From positions 1 to 32,264 of the forward strand of contig JARKSN010000117.1 of NCBI GenBank assembly GCA_029974275.1: a stretch of DNA of 32,264 nucleotides. The letters are read 5' to 3'. The first letter of the stretch is position 1, and every line of letters begins with the position of its first letter. The translations under genes were made by a program, and so were the position numbers. Source of the DNA: Candidatus Hydrogenedentota bacterium (GTDB lineage Bacteria > Hydrogenedentota > Hydrogenedentia > Hydrogenedentales > SLHB01). Positions 8,008 to 16,022 of the stretch are shown piece after piece. The notes under the pieces are model-generated. The model did not search any database and was not told the origin of the DNA. It was given only the letters and a program-made list of their open reading frames with translations.

Positions 8008-9084
8008 TTACCCCGGATACTCTTTTCGGTTCGCTTCCATCGAAAGAAGGACGGGGCGTTCCGGCACGGCCGTTGCCAGCGCGTCGATTTCGGGCGCGCC
8101 ATCGGGCAGCGGCAGCGCGATCTGGCCGCGTTCGACGACGGACCGGCACATCGCCATCATGACCTCGAAGCCTTTGTGCGCGTTCTCGCCGCAGCAGGGG
8201 TGCACGGCCGTGTCATCGTCAAGCCATTTCGCCATGTCTTCGATGTACGGCGGCATGTCGTTGTCGTAGTTCATGCAGCCTTCGCCGCTGATGACGCCGC
8301 CCGAGTCGCGCGTGATCGCACGCCAGCCGCCGCCCGTCAGCGCTTCGGCGAAACCTTCCGTGCCTTGTGCGCCGATGCGGCACTTGCGCCACCAATAGTC
8401 GACCTCCGGCACATCCGGCGCGCCCGCGCCCGTCTCGAAGACGCCGCGCACGCCGTTCTTGAACTGGACTAGCCCGCCGATGTAATCCGGCGAACGGTGG
8501 ATGTCCGCGAACTTGCCGCGCCCCGCCGCCTGAGCGATGGCCCAGTCCGCCTCGACGTAATCGTTGAACCACATGGCGTAATCGATCATGTGCGTCATCA
8601 TGTGCATCATCCAGCCCGTTGCGTGACCGTAGACCGTATGCACACGACCGATGGCGCCGCTCGCGATGATCGCTTTCACTTTCTGATAGTGCACGCCGTA
8701 TCGGTGCTGATGGCTGACGACCGTCTTCACGCCCGCCTTGCGCGTGAGGTCCATGATTTGCCGGGCTTCGCGCGTGCTCGTCGCGATGGGCTTTTCATAG
8801 GCGATGAGTTTCGCGCCGCAATCGATGCCCGCCTGGATGAGCGGCATGCGAATATTCGGCAACGTCGCGAAACAAAAGACATCCGGCTTCAATTCCTTTG
8901 CCAGCGCGGCGGAATCCGTGCCGCACTTCGCGCCGGGGAATTTGGCCGCGGCGGCTTCCGCGCGCGATGCGTCGATGTCGCACAAGCCGACGACTTCAAA
9001 ACGCGGGTTGCCTTGGAACGCCGAGGCATGATGCATGCCCCGTTTGCCCAATCCTGCGACGAGTACGGTGTAGGTTCGGCTCAT
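8008..9084 (-). CDS. Gfo/Idh/MocA family oxidoreductase
   Basis: AGLGKRG, YEKP, HQHRY and SGAIG; SD AAGGAG. Confidence 0.88.
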   Translation of the reverse strand: MSRTYTVLVAGLGKRGMHHASAFQGNPRFEVVGLCDIDASRAEAAAAKFPGAKCGTDSAALAKELKPDVFCFATLPNIRMPLIQAGIDCGAKLIAYEKPIATSTREARQIMDLTRKAGVKTVVSHQHRYGVHYQKVKAIIASGAIGRVHTVYGHATGWMMHMMTHMIDYAMWFNDYVEADWAIAQAAGRGKFADIHRSPDYIGGLVQFKNGVRGVFETGAGAPDVPEVDYWWRKCRIGAQGTEGFAEALTGGGWRAITRDSGGVISGEGCMNYDNDMPPYIEDMAKWLDDDTAVHPCCGENAHKGFEVMMAMCRSVVERGQIALPLPDGAPEIDALATAVPERPVLLSMEANRKEYPG

Positions 9085-9149
9085 AATGCTCTCCTTGTAG
9101 TGACGGTGAAAAGGGCGCTCTTATCCGCATTGAGGGTTGATGTGCGACG

Positions 9150-10124
9150 TTATTTCGACAAAAACTCCGTGTACCACGCGATGGTTTCGCGCAGGCCGTC
9201 TTCGAGGCTGTATTGCGGCGTCCAACCGAGATCGCGTTTGGCCTTGTCCGAGCAGAGATACTGATCGCGTATCTCGGCTTTTGCCGCGTTGAGGATGACG
9301 GGGGCAAGGTCTTCGCGCTGCATCAACCGCCGCAGGGCATCGACAATCTCCAGCACCGTCAGCGGCTTTTCCGGGCCGAAGTTGTAGGCTTGCCCACGCA
9401 CTTCCGCGCGATCGAGACCTTCCGCCATGGCGAGATACGCCGCCGCCGCGTCTTTCACATACACATAATCGCGCGTGAATTTGCCGTCGCTGCGGATGAT
9501 GGGCGCTTCGCCGCGCATCAGGCAGCGGATGGTTCCGGGGACAATCCGGCTCCAATTGAGATCGCCGCCGCCGTAGATATTGCCGCACCGCGCGACGACC
9601 ACCGGCAAGCCATAGGTGTTCGCGTACGTATGCGCGAGGAGGTCCGTGCACGATTTCGACACGTCGTACGGGTGCCGTCCTCGCGGCGGCATGTCTTCGG
9701 TATACGGCAGCACATCGCTATCGCCATAGGCTTTGTCGCTTGACGCCACGACCACGCGCTTCACGATGCCGTCGAGCCGCCGGCATGCTTCGAGCAGGTT
9801 ATAGCTGCCGCGGATATTCGTTTCGAAGGTCGGCAAGGGACTGCGCAGCGCGGCGCCGACGATTGCCTGCGCGGCAAGATGAAACACCGTGTCCGTCTCG
9901 TGTTCGTTGATGGCGCGCTCGATGGCGGAGTAGTCCTCGAGACAGCCCGACACCACCGAGACGCGGTGGATGAGGCCGCTGCGAATGAGCTCGCTCTGCG
10001 GGTCCCAGTCGCGCACGAGCGCCACGACGTACGCGCCTTGTTCGAGCAGCGCGCGCGTTAGCCACGACCCCACCAGTCCTGTCGCGCCCGTCACCAGAAC
10101 GCGCCGATCATTCCACTTCGACAT
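9150..10124 (-). CDS. rfbG: CDP-glucose 4,6-dehydratase-like extended SDR (Bacillus YfnG-type)
   Basis: [24 protein letters not shown], catalytic YDVSK and [10 protein letters not shown]; directly downstream of rfbF. Confidence 0.8.
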   Translation of the reverse strand: MSKWNDRRVLVTGATGLVGSWLTRALLEQGAYVVALVRDWDPQSELIRSGLIHRVSVVSGCLEDYSAIERAINEHETDTVFHLAAQAIVGAALRSPLPTFETNIRGSYNLLEACRRLDGIVKRVVVASSDKAYGDSDVLPYTEDMPPRGRHPYDVSKSCTDLLAHTYANTYGLPVVVARCGNIYGGGDLNWSRIVPGTIRCLMRGEAPIIRSDGKFTRDYVYVKDAAAAYLAMAEGLDRAEVRGQAYNFGPEKPLTVLEIVDALRRLMQREDLAPVILNAAKAEIRDQYLCSDKAKRDLGWTPQYSLEDGLRETIAWYTEFLSK

Positions 10125-10138
10125 AGCTACCTCACCTC

Positions 10139-10320
10139 TTACGATTCACCACGGAGACACGGAGGACACAGAGAAATCACGGAGAGGAAAGAAGATCAAA
10201 CCACAGATAGGAACAAAACATATATTCTTCTCTTCTTCTCAGCGTCCTCTGCGGGTTCTCAGCGCCCTCTGCGTTAAATTCTTTCTTTGTGTCTTTGTTC
10301 CTTTGCGCCTTTGTGGTAAA
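10139..10320. repeat. Composite purine/pyrimidine palindromic spacer built from CAC(A/G)(A/G)AG units
   Basis: 10139-10176 is 34/38 identical to the reverse complement of 17365-17402. TTTAACGCAGAGG (minus strand 10278-10266) also occurs at 17137-17149. Confidence 0.8.
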
Positions 10321-10343
10321 ACTCTTCCGGGGAGTCGCGGGCG

Positions 10344-11111
10344 TCACCACACCTTCCACGGGGCCTTGCCCGAGGTCCAGAGGTCTTCCAGCATGTATTT
10401 CTCGCGCAGCGTATCCATCGGCATCCAGAATCCATCGTGCGTAAATGCCATCAACTGACCGTCCGCCGCGATCCGTTCGATGGGATCGCGCTCCCACAGC
10501 GTTGCATCGCCGTCGATGTAGTCGAGAACGCCTGGTTCAAGCACGAAGAACCCCCCGTTGATCCAGCCTTCGCCGATTTGCGGTTTCTCGGTGAAGGTGG
10601 TCACCTGTCCGTTTTCGATCACGAGACCGCCGAAACGCGACGGAGGGCGCACGGCCGTGACCGTGGCGAGTTTGCCGTGGGATCGGTGGAACGCAAGCAC
10701 GTCGGCCACGTTCACGTCGCTCAGTCCATCGCCGTAGGTCATCATGAAGGTTTCGCCGCCCACCCAGGATTTGAGGCGTTTGACGCGCCCGCCGGTTTGC
10801 GTAAGCGCGCCGGTGTCGACAAGGTGGACCTTCCAGGCGGGTTGACGGGCGTTGTGGACGGTGGTCGTTCCGGCGGCCATGTCGATGGTCAAGTCGTTGT
10901 TGACGGCGTAGAAGTTCAGGAAATACTCGCGGATCATTTCGCCCTTGTATCCCAGCGCGACGACGAACTCGCCGAAGCCTCGCGCCGAATAGATATTCAT
11001 GATGTGCCACAGGATGGGCTTGCCGCCGATCTCGACCATGGGTTTTGGCCGGACAGTGGTCTCTTCCGACAAGCGCGTGCCCAATCCCCCGGCCAGTATG
11101 ACGACGTTCAC
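10344..11111 (-). CDS. rfbF: Glucose-1-phosphate cytidylyltransferase
   Basis: ILAGGLGTRLSEET..RPKPMVEIG, TGGR, TYGDG, INGGFF and FWMPMDTLREK; GTG 11111 after SD GAGGGG. Confidence 0.93.
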   Translation of the reverse strand: MNVVILAGGLGTRLSEETTVRPKPMVEIGGKPILWHIMNIYSARGFGEFVVALGYKGEMIREYFLNFYAVNNDLTIDMAAGTTTVHNARQPAWKVHLVDTGALTQTGGRVKRLKSWVGGETFMMTYGDGLSDVNVADVLAFHRSHGKLATVTAVRPPSRFGGLVIENGQVTTFTEKPQIGEGWINGGFFVLEPGVLDYIDGDATLWERDPIERIAADGQLMAFTHDGFWMPMDTLREKYMLEDLWTSGKAPWKVW

Positions 11112-11304
11112 CGTGTTTCCCCTCTGTTCGTGAGGCCGTATCATCGCTGAAACGGCGGTCGGGCCGCAAATTCGCCGACGGGGACTTCAGGGGAGCCCGG
11201 GGCGCTTTTCTCATTCCACATGCTCGCGCGCGGCACGCTGCGTGCGAAAATCGCTTTTGGGGGGCGGCGCGAGAGGTCTTCACACAGATGCCGTGCGCGC
11301 GCTT

Positions 11305-11460
11305 CTACCCCTTCGGTTTATAGTCCGGGCATCGGACGGCGTTGGGGCGGGCGCGGTGGGTGCAGGCGGAGGGATGGTCGTAGCGGCAGTTGTCGCAGAG
11401 GAATTCGGTGGGGCAACGGCGCTGGAGCCACCAGTGGCGGATCGAGTCGAGCAGTTTCAT
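11305..11460 (-). CDS. 51-aa Cys-rich small protein, putatively metal-binding
   Basis: Below the ORF-track cutoff: MKLLDSIRHWWLQRRCPTEFLCDNCRYDHPSACTHRARPNAVRCPDYKPKG*. It has an ATGA overlap with the upstream stop, SD GAGGA and host-like C-ending codons. Confidence 0.75.
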   Translation of the reverse strand: MKLLDSIRHWWLQRRCPTEFLCDNCRYDHPSACTHRARPNAVRCPDYKPKG

Positions 11461-12698
11461 TTTTTCCTCGCATGTTGGGCGCGGCAGTCGGCGGGGGACA
11501 TGCCTTCATGGCGGGCGAACAGTTTGCCGAGGTTGCTGGGGTCGTTGATGCCGACGCGTCGGGCGATATCGGCGATGGTCAGTTGGGTGCGCCGCAACAG
11601 TTCCTTGGCGCGGGCAACGCGGAGCTTTCCGACGTATTCGCTGTAGGACAACCCGAAATGGCGCTGGAGCCGATGGGTGATCGTGGTTGGATGCACGCCG
11701 AGTTCCGCTGCGACGTCGTTCAGTCGGACCGTCTCGGGCAAGCGGTCTTTGAGCATCTGGTCGAGCCGTTCGAGCAGCCCGCCTTCGTCTTCTTTGCGGG
11801 CCTGCCGCGCGAGAATAGCCAGCACGTCCGTGACGATCCCGAGTAAGTCCGCTTCGGTCTGCGCACGATCCATTTTCCCCAAGAATTCCGGCAACGCCGC
11901 CCAGGCGCGCGTAATATCCGCCCCCGACGCCGCGCTTTTCTCGAGGGCCGCTGCCACGGTCGCCAGCATTCGCGCCCGCGACACGGCTACGTCCTCGCGC
12001 GTCGCTGCGGCGGACGCGACGGCATTGCGGACGTGGCGTCGCGCCAACGACGGATTGGCCATCGCCAACGCCGCTGCCGTCAGATCGGATTGGTATTCGG
12101 AGGCGCGGGTTCGTTTTTTCTTGGAACGCCGTGTCGGCGGCGGTTCGACGGCATCGTTCTCGTCGTCGGATTCGTCCTGACAGGAGTCCCAGAGAACCCG
12201 CAACGCCTCGGCGGTCCATAACGCGATTTCAGGCGGAACGTTCGCCGGAAGTAGCGCGATATCCGACAAATCGGCGGGAAACGTCTCCAACGCGTCCTCG
12301 TTTTGTATGTCTGCGAGGCCGATCACGGCATCGGCTTCGAGCGTCTGCGGCGCTTCCGAGGGACAAAACGGCCCGAACGTCAGGGTATAGCCCTCGTCCG
12401 CGCCGGGCAGGGCTGGCACGGCAACGCATGCGAAGCCCATGTGGCACACAAACGGCACGGCCCGGTTCTGACGCAAGGCGGCGGCGGTGGCTTGGACCCG
12501 GTGGGCTTGGCATTTTTTCGGCGCGCCGTGGAGTTTCGCGACGTGCCGGCACGCGGCGCGTTGACCGAACGAAATGACCCGCAACGACTCCTTGCCGTCG
12601 ACGAGACAGTGGACGCTGATGGGCGTCGCGGCGGCGCGCGAGGCTCGGGCCAGGAGCCGCTGTACGTCCGGTTGGCGAAAGAAGGCCGCCGGGGTCAT
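11457..12698 (-). CDS. AraC family regulator with N-terminal PocR-like sensor domain
   Basis: Three spaced Cys ending in CHMG (PocR-like); C-terminal AraC HTH (LNDVAAELGVHP...ARAKELL...IARRVG..DPSNLGKLF). Confidence 0.85.
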   Translation of the reverse strand: MTPAAFFRQPDVQRLLARASRAAATPISVHCLVDGKESLRVISFGQRAACRHVAKLHGAPKKCQAHRVQATAAALRQNRAVPFVCHMGFACVAVPALPGADEGYTLTFGPFCPSEAPQTLEADAVIGLADIQNEDALETFPADLSDIALLPANVPPEIALWTAEALRVLWDSCQDESDDENDAVEPPPTRRSKKKRTRASEYQSDLTAAALAMANPSLARRHVRNAVASAAATREDVAVSRARMLATVAAALEKSAASGADITRAWAALPEFLGKMDRAQTEADLLGIVTDVLAILARQARKEDEGGLLERLDQMLKDRLPETVRLNDVAAELGVHPTTITHRLQRHFGLSYSEYVGKLRVARAKELLRRTQLTIADIARRVGINDPSNLGKLFARHEGMSPADCRAQHARKK

Positions 12699-13468
12699 GG
12701 CCGGACCTCGAACAGGCTGGTCGGCTGGTCTTGTCGCGCGACGAACACCTCGACCCCGCTCTTGCCGAGGGCGCGTTGGGCGGTCTCGCGGACGAGGTCG
12801 TGGGTGTTGTTCTCGGCGCTGACGTGGACGAGCACGACGAGGCGCAGGGCGTGGTGCAGGAGCGATCCCAGCAGTTCGCTCATGTCGCTGTTGGAGAGAT
12901 GGCCCTGTCGTCCTCGGATGCGCTGTTGCACTTGGGGCGGGTACGGGCCGGTCGTGAGCATGTTCGGGCAGTAGTTGCTTTCGAGAACGAGGGCCTGTGA
13001 ATGGGCCAGCCGGCTGCGCACGAGCTGCGACGCGTGGCCGAGGTCCGCCGCCATGCCCAGCTTGGCCCCGTTGTACCCGATCGTGTAGCTGACCGGATCG
13101 GTCGCGTCATGCGACACACTGAAACTCGTCACCGACAAGCCATTGATGCCCACCTCGTCGCCCGCGTCGAAGACCTCGATATTGGACACGACGCCGATAG
13201 AGGCAGGGAGGGCAGTGCGCGTGCCCTCGGTCATGAAAATCGGCGTCCCGAGTTTGCGCGACAGCACGCCGATGCCGTGGACGTGGTCGGTATGTTCGTG
13301 CGTGACGAATACCGCGGAGAGGCCGTCAAGGTCTTCGCCGAGGGCGGCGGCGCGCATCTGAAGCTGCTTGAAGCTCAGTCCCGCGTCGATCAGCACCTTT
13401 GAGGTGGGGGTGATGACCAGCGTCGCGTTGCCGCTGCTGCCGCTGCCAAGAAGGGAGAACCGGATCAA
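12695..13468 (-). CDS. MBL-fold metallo-hydrolase, YycJ/WalJ-like
   Basis: GSGSSGNA, IDAG, THEHTDH, HDA, DLG, ESNY, GHLSN and HVS. TTG 13468 chosen for SD AGAGGA. ATGA overlap with the AraC gene. Confidence 0.88.
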   Translation of the reverse strand: MIRFSLLGSGSSGNATLVITPTSKVLIDAGLSFKQLQMRAAALGEDLDGLSAVFVTHEHTDHVHGIGVLSRKLGTPIFMTEGTRTALPASIGVVSNIEVFDAGDEVGINGLSVTSFSVSHDATDPVSYTIGYNGAKLGMAADLGHASQLVRSRLAHSQALVLESNYCPNMLTTGPYPPQVQQRIRGRQGHLSNSDMSELLGSLLHHALRLVVLVHVSAENNTHDLVRETAQRALGKSGVEVFVARQDQPTSLFEVRP

Positions 13469-13556
13469 GGCGAGGTCCTCTGTAGTAATTTCTGGAATGC
13501 GCACGCGCGTCATTCCAAGCAGACTCAAACAGGCCTAAATCATTGACTTTTCGGAG

Positions 13557-13585
13557 ATTATAGCGCGGCAACGGGAGTTCTTCAA
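13557..13585 (-). promoter_or_regulatory. sigma70 promoter for the MBL-AraC operon
   Basis: Minus strand TTGAAG, 17 nt, TATAAT. Confidence 0.7.
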
Positions 13586-13615
13586 TTGACAGGACTGCGT
13601 GATCGGACTTATAAT
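13586..13615 (+). promoter_or_regulatory. sigma70 promoter for rpoN
   Basis: Consensus hexamers TTGACA, 18 nt, TATAAT. Confidence 0.8.
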
Positions 13616-13630
13616 GGCATGTGAGTTGCT
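13615..13630 (+). promoter_or_regulatory. sigma54 -24/-12 site overlapping the rpoN sigma70 -10 and start region
   Basis: TGGCATGTGAGTTGCT with exact GG-N10-GC spacing. Confidence 0.75.
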
Positions 13631-13718
13631 TTCCGGCCTCGTCGCATCGTGCGTGGGCCGGGTATCGCCCGGCGGTTTTCGTCCGGAAATGCTGCGTGAC
13701 AGGGAGCGCCTTCTCGCT

Positions 13719-15155
13719 ATGATGCATATGGAACACCGATTGGCCCAGACGCAGACCCAGCGTCTGATGCTGACGCAGAAGATGCAGCAGGCCATTCAGA
13801 TTTTGCAGTTGTCGGGGTTGGAACTCGAGCAATACATCCAGCAGGAGCTCGAAACGAACCCTGTCCTCGATATTGCCCCGAAGCTTCAGGAACCGGCGCC
13901 CGAACCGCCGCGCGACCAGAACGCCACGACCACGTCGGATGGGTCGGAGATGTTGGATGACGGCCCTTTTGATTTGGACTCGTATGCGCATTCGTTGATA
14001 GAACCGCACTCGATGGGCCGCGACTTGAGCCGGAATCCCGAGGCCGACGGTCGCCGGGAGTTCTACGAAAACTCGATCACGAAGGAAGAATCCTTCACGT
14101 CGCGGTTGCTGACGCAGCTCCGTTTCACCGCTTCGGACGACCGGACCTATGCCATCGGCGAGCAGATTGTCGGCGAAATCGACGGGCGCGGGTATTTCAT
14201 GGGCAGTATCGAGCAGATCGCCCAGGAGTCCGGGGCGTCCGTCGAGGAGGTCGAGAAAGTCCTGCAATTGGTCCAGCGCTTTGAGCCGACGGGCGTCGGC
14301 GCACGGGACGTGGTCGAGTGCTTGCTGCTCCAAATCGACGTCGAGTACCCGGACGAGCCGGAGTTGCGCACGCTGGTGGCGGAACATCTCGAGGCGCTCG
14401 AACACCGGCAGATTCCCAAAATCGCCAAGGACATGGGCGTCGCGCCGGAACGCGTCGAGCAGCTCAAGACCTTGCTGGCCACCCTGAATCCGTGGCCGGG
14501 ACATGAATATTCCTATGAACCGACGCAGTACGTGACGCCGGACGTGATTGTCGAGAAAGACGAGGATGAGTTTCTGGTGTATCTCGCGGACACGTCGTTG
14601 CCGGAACTGCGCATCAACGGCCACTACCGCCAGATGCTGCGCACGGGCAACATGACGCGCGAGGAGAAACAGTACGTCCGCGACAAGGTCGAGAGCGCGA
14701 AGTGGCTCATCCGCAACATCGAACAGCGGCAAAACACCATCCTGCGCATCGCCCGCGCAATCGTCGATGTCCAACGCGAGTTCCTCGACAAGGGCGTCGA
14801 GTGCATCAAGCCGCTCACGCTCCAGGAAATCGCCGACGTGGTCGGCGTGCACGAGGCGACCGTCAGCCGCACGACGCGCGGCAAATACATGCAAACGCCC
14901 CAGGGGCTGTTCGAGATGAAGTACTTTTTCTCGCCGGGCCTGCGCAAGGACAGCGGCGAGTCGCAGTCGTCGAAGAGCGTGCAGAGCCTCATCAAGAAGA
15001 TGATCGAGGACGAAGACAAGGCGCGCCCCTTGAGCGATCAGAAGATCGCCGATATGCTGAAAACGCAGGGCATCAACATCGCGCGCCGCACCGTGACCAA
15101 ATACCGCGAAGCCCTCAGCATACTGCCCACCTCGTTGCGGAAGGTGTATCAGTAA
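13719..15155 (+). CDS. rpoN: RNA polymerase sigma-54 factor
   Basis: Region I QTQRLMLTQKMQQAIQILQL, EPTGVGAR, HEATVSR and RpoN box ARRTVTKYRE. Start is ATG 13719 (13722 or 13728 possible). Confidence 0.97.
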   Translation: MMHMEHRLAQTQTQRLMLTQKMQQAIQILQLSGLELEQYIQQELETNPVLDIAPKLQEPAPEPPRDQNATTTSDGSEMLDDGPFDLDSYAHSLIEPHSMGRDLSRNPEADGRREFYENSITKEESFTSRLLTQLRFTASDDRTYAIGEQIVGEIDGRGYFMGSIEQIAQESGASVEEVEKVLQLVQRFEPTGVGARDVVECLLLQIDVEYPDEPELRTLVAEHLEALEHRQIPKIAKDMGVAPERVEQLKTLLATLNPWPGHEYSYEPTQYVTPDVIVEKDEDEFLVYLADTSLPELRINGHYRQMLRTGNMTREEKQYVRDKVESAKWLIRNIEQRQNTILRIARAIVDVQREFLDKGVECIKPLTLQEIADVVGVHEATVSRTTRGKYMQTPQGLFEMKYFFSPGLRKDSGESQSSKSVQSLIKKMIEDEDKARPLSDQKIADMLKTQGINIARRTVTKYREALSILPTSLRKVYQ

Positions 15156-15169
15156 GAGGGTGGGATTTT

Positions 15170-15227
15170 CTGGGGGGGACCTCTTTGGGAAAGAGATTCC
15201 CCCCAGGCCCCCTTCCAGAAACGTTTG
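15170..15227 (-). repeat. Palindromic repeat family X, diverged inverted copy
   Basis: Reverse complement CAAACGTTTCTGGAAGGGGGCCTGGGGGGAATCTCTTTCCCAAAGAGGTCCCCCCCAG has the same leader+hairpin layout as 15264-15321. Confidence 0.7.
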
Positions 15228-15263
15228 ATGACTCCGCTAGTCGTTGACGATCAGCGAAGCCAA

Positions 15264-15321
15264 CAAAAGTTCTTGGGAAGGGATCCAGGGAAACCCTTCT
15301 TCCCAAGAGGGGTTTCCCCGG
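15264..15321 (+). repeat. Palindromic repeat family X
   Basis: Leader CAAAAGTTCTTGGGAAGGG (19 nt identical to 27214-27232) plus hairpin GGGAAACCCTTCTT-CCC-AAGAGGGGTTTCCC. Confidence 0.85.
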
Positions 15322-15354
15322 TTGACTTTCCTTTGAATCGCAAGGAGTCCATCA

Positions 15355-15657
15355 ATGCCAAGCCGAATCCCGATTGACATGGACCAACTGAAATCACTGT
15401 GCGCAAAGTGGCGTGTGCGCGAGCTTTCTTTGTTTGGTTCCGTACTCCGCGATGATTTCTCGCCATCGAGCGATGTGGACGTCATGGTGAGTTTCGAACC
15501 TAGCGCACCGTGGAATCTGTGGGAGCTTATGGACATGAAGGCCGAAATGGAGGCCTTGTTTGGGCGATCGGTGGATATCGTCGAACGTGAGGCGTTGCGC
15601 AATCCGTGGCGGCGGCAGGAAATCCTGAACACCCACGAGGTGGTGTATGCAGCCTGA
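15355..15657 (+). CDS. Minimal nucleotidyltransferase (MNT) antitoxin, MntA-like
   Basis: LFGSVLRDDF...SDVD motif, about 100 aa, overlaps a HEPN gene; SD AAGGAG. Confidence 0.9.
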   Translation: MPSRIPIDMDQLKSLCAKWRVRELSLFGSVLRDDFSPSSDVDVMVSFEPSAPWNLWELMDMKAEMEALFGRSVDIVEREALRNPWRRQEILNTHEVVYAA

Positions 15658-16018
15658 TCCGCGGGACAAGGCGCGATTGTGGGATATGCTGGATGCCGCG
15701 CGAGCGATTGCGGCTTTCGCGCATGGACGATGCTATAACGACTACATAGCAGACCGGATGTTTCGCAACGCAGTCGAACGGAACCTCGAAGTTGTGGGCG
15801 AAGCGGCGCGTTGTTTGAGTGCCGGCTTTCGCGAGACCCACCCCGAAATTCCATGGCGCTCTATCGTTGCTCAACGGAATGTGTTGGCCCATGACTACGG
15901 GGACATTCGGCATGAACGAGTTTGGGCGGTCTGCCGATCCGATCTTCTCGACCTGATTCGGGTTCTTGAGCAAATGGACATTGAGCCGCCCCAGGACACG
16001 ACAGCTAGCCCGGAATAA
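15647..16018 (+). CDS. HEPN/DUF86 ribonuclease toxin, HepT-like
   Basis: AVERNLEVVGEAA, HPEIPW and RX4HXY motif RNVLAHDY. Confidence 0.9.
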   Translation: MQPDPRDKARLWDMLDAARAIAAFAHGRCYNDYIADRMFRNAVERNLEVVGEAARCLSAGFRETHPEIPWRSIVAQRNVLAHDYGDIRHERVWAVCRSDLLDLIRVLEQMDIEPPQDTTASPE

Positions 16019-16022
16019 CAAC

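Noticed and set aside
10139..10320. CRISPR array or short ORFs in the repeat spacers
   Set aside because: There are no regularly spaced identical direct repeats and no cas genes; the ORFs are translations of the repeat units.
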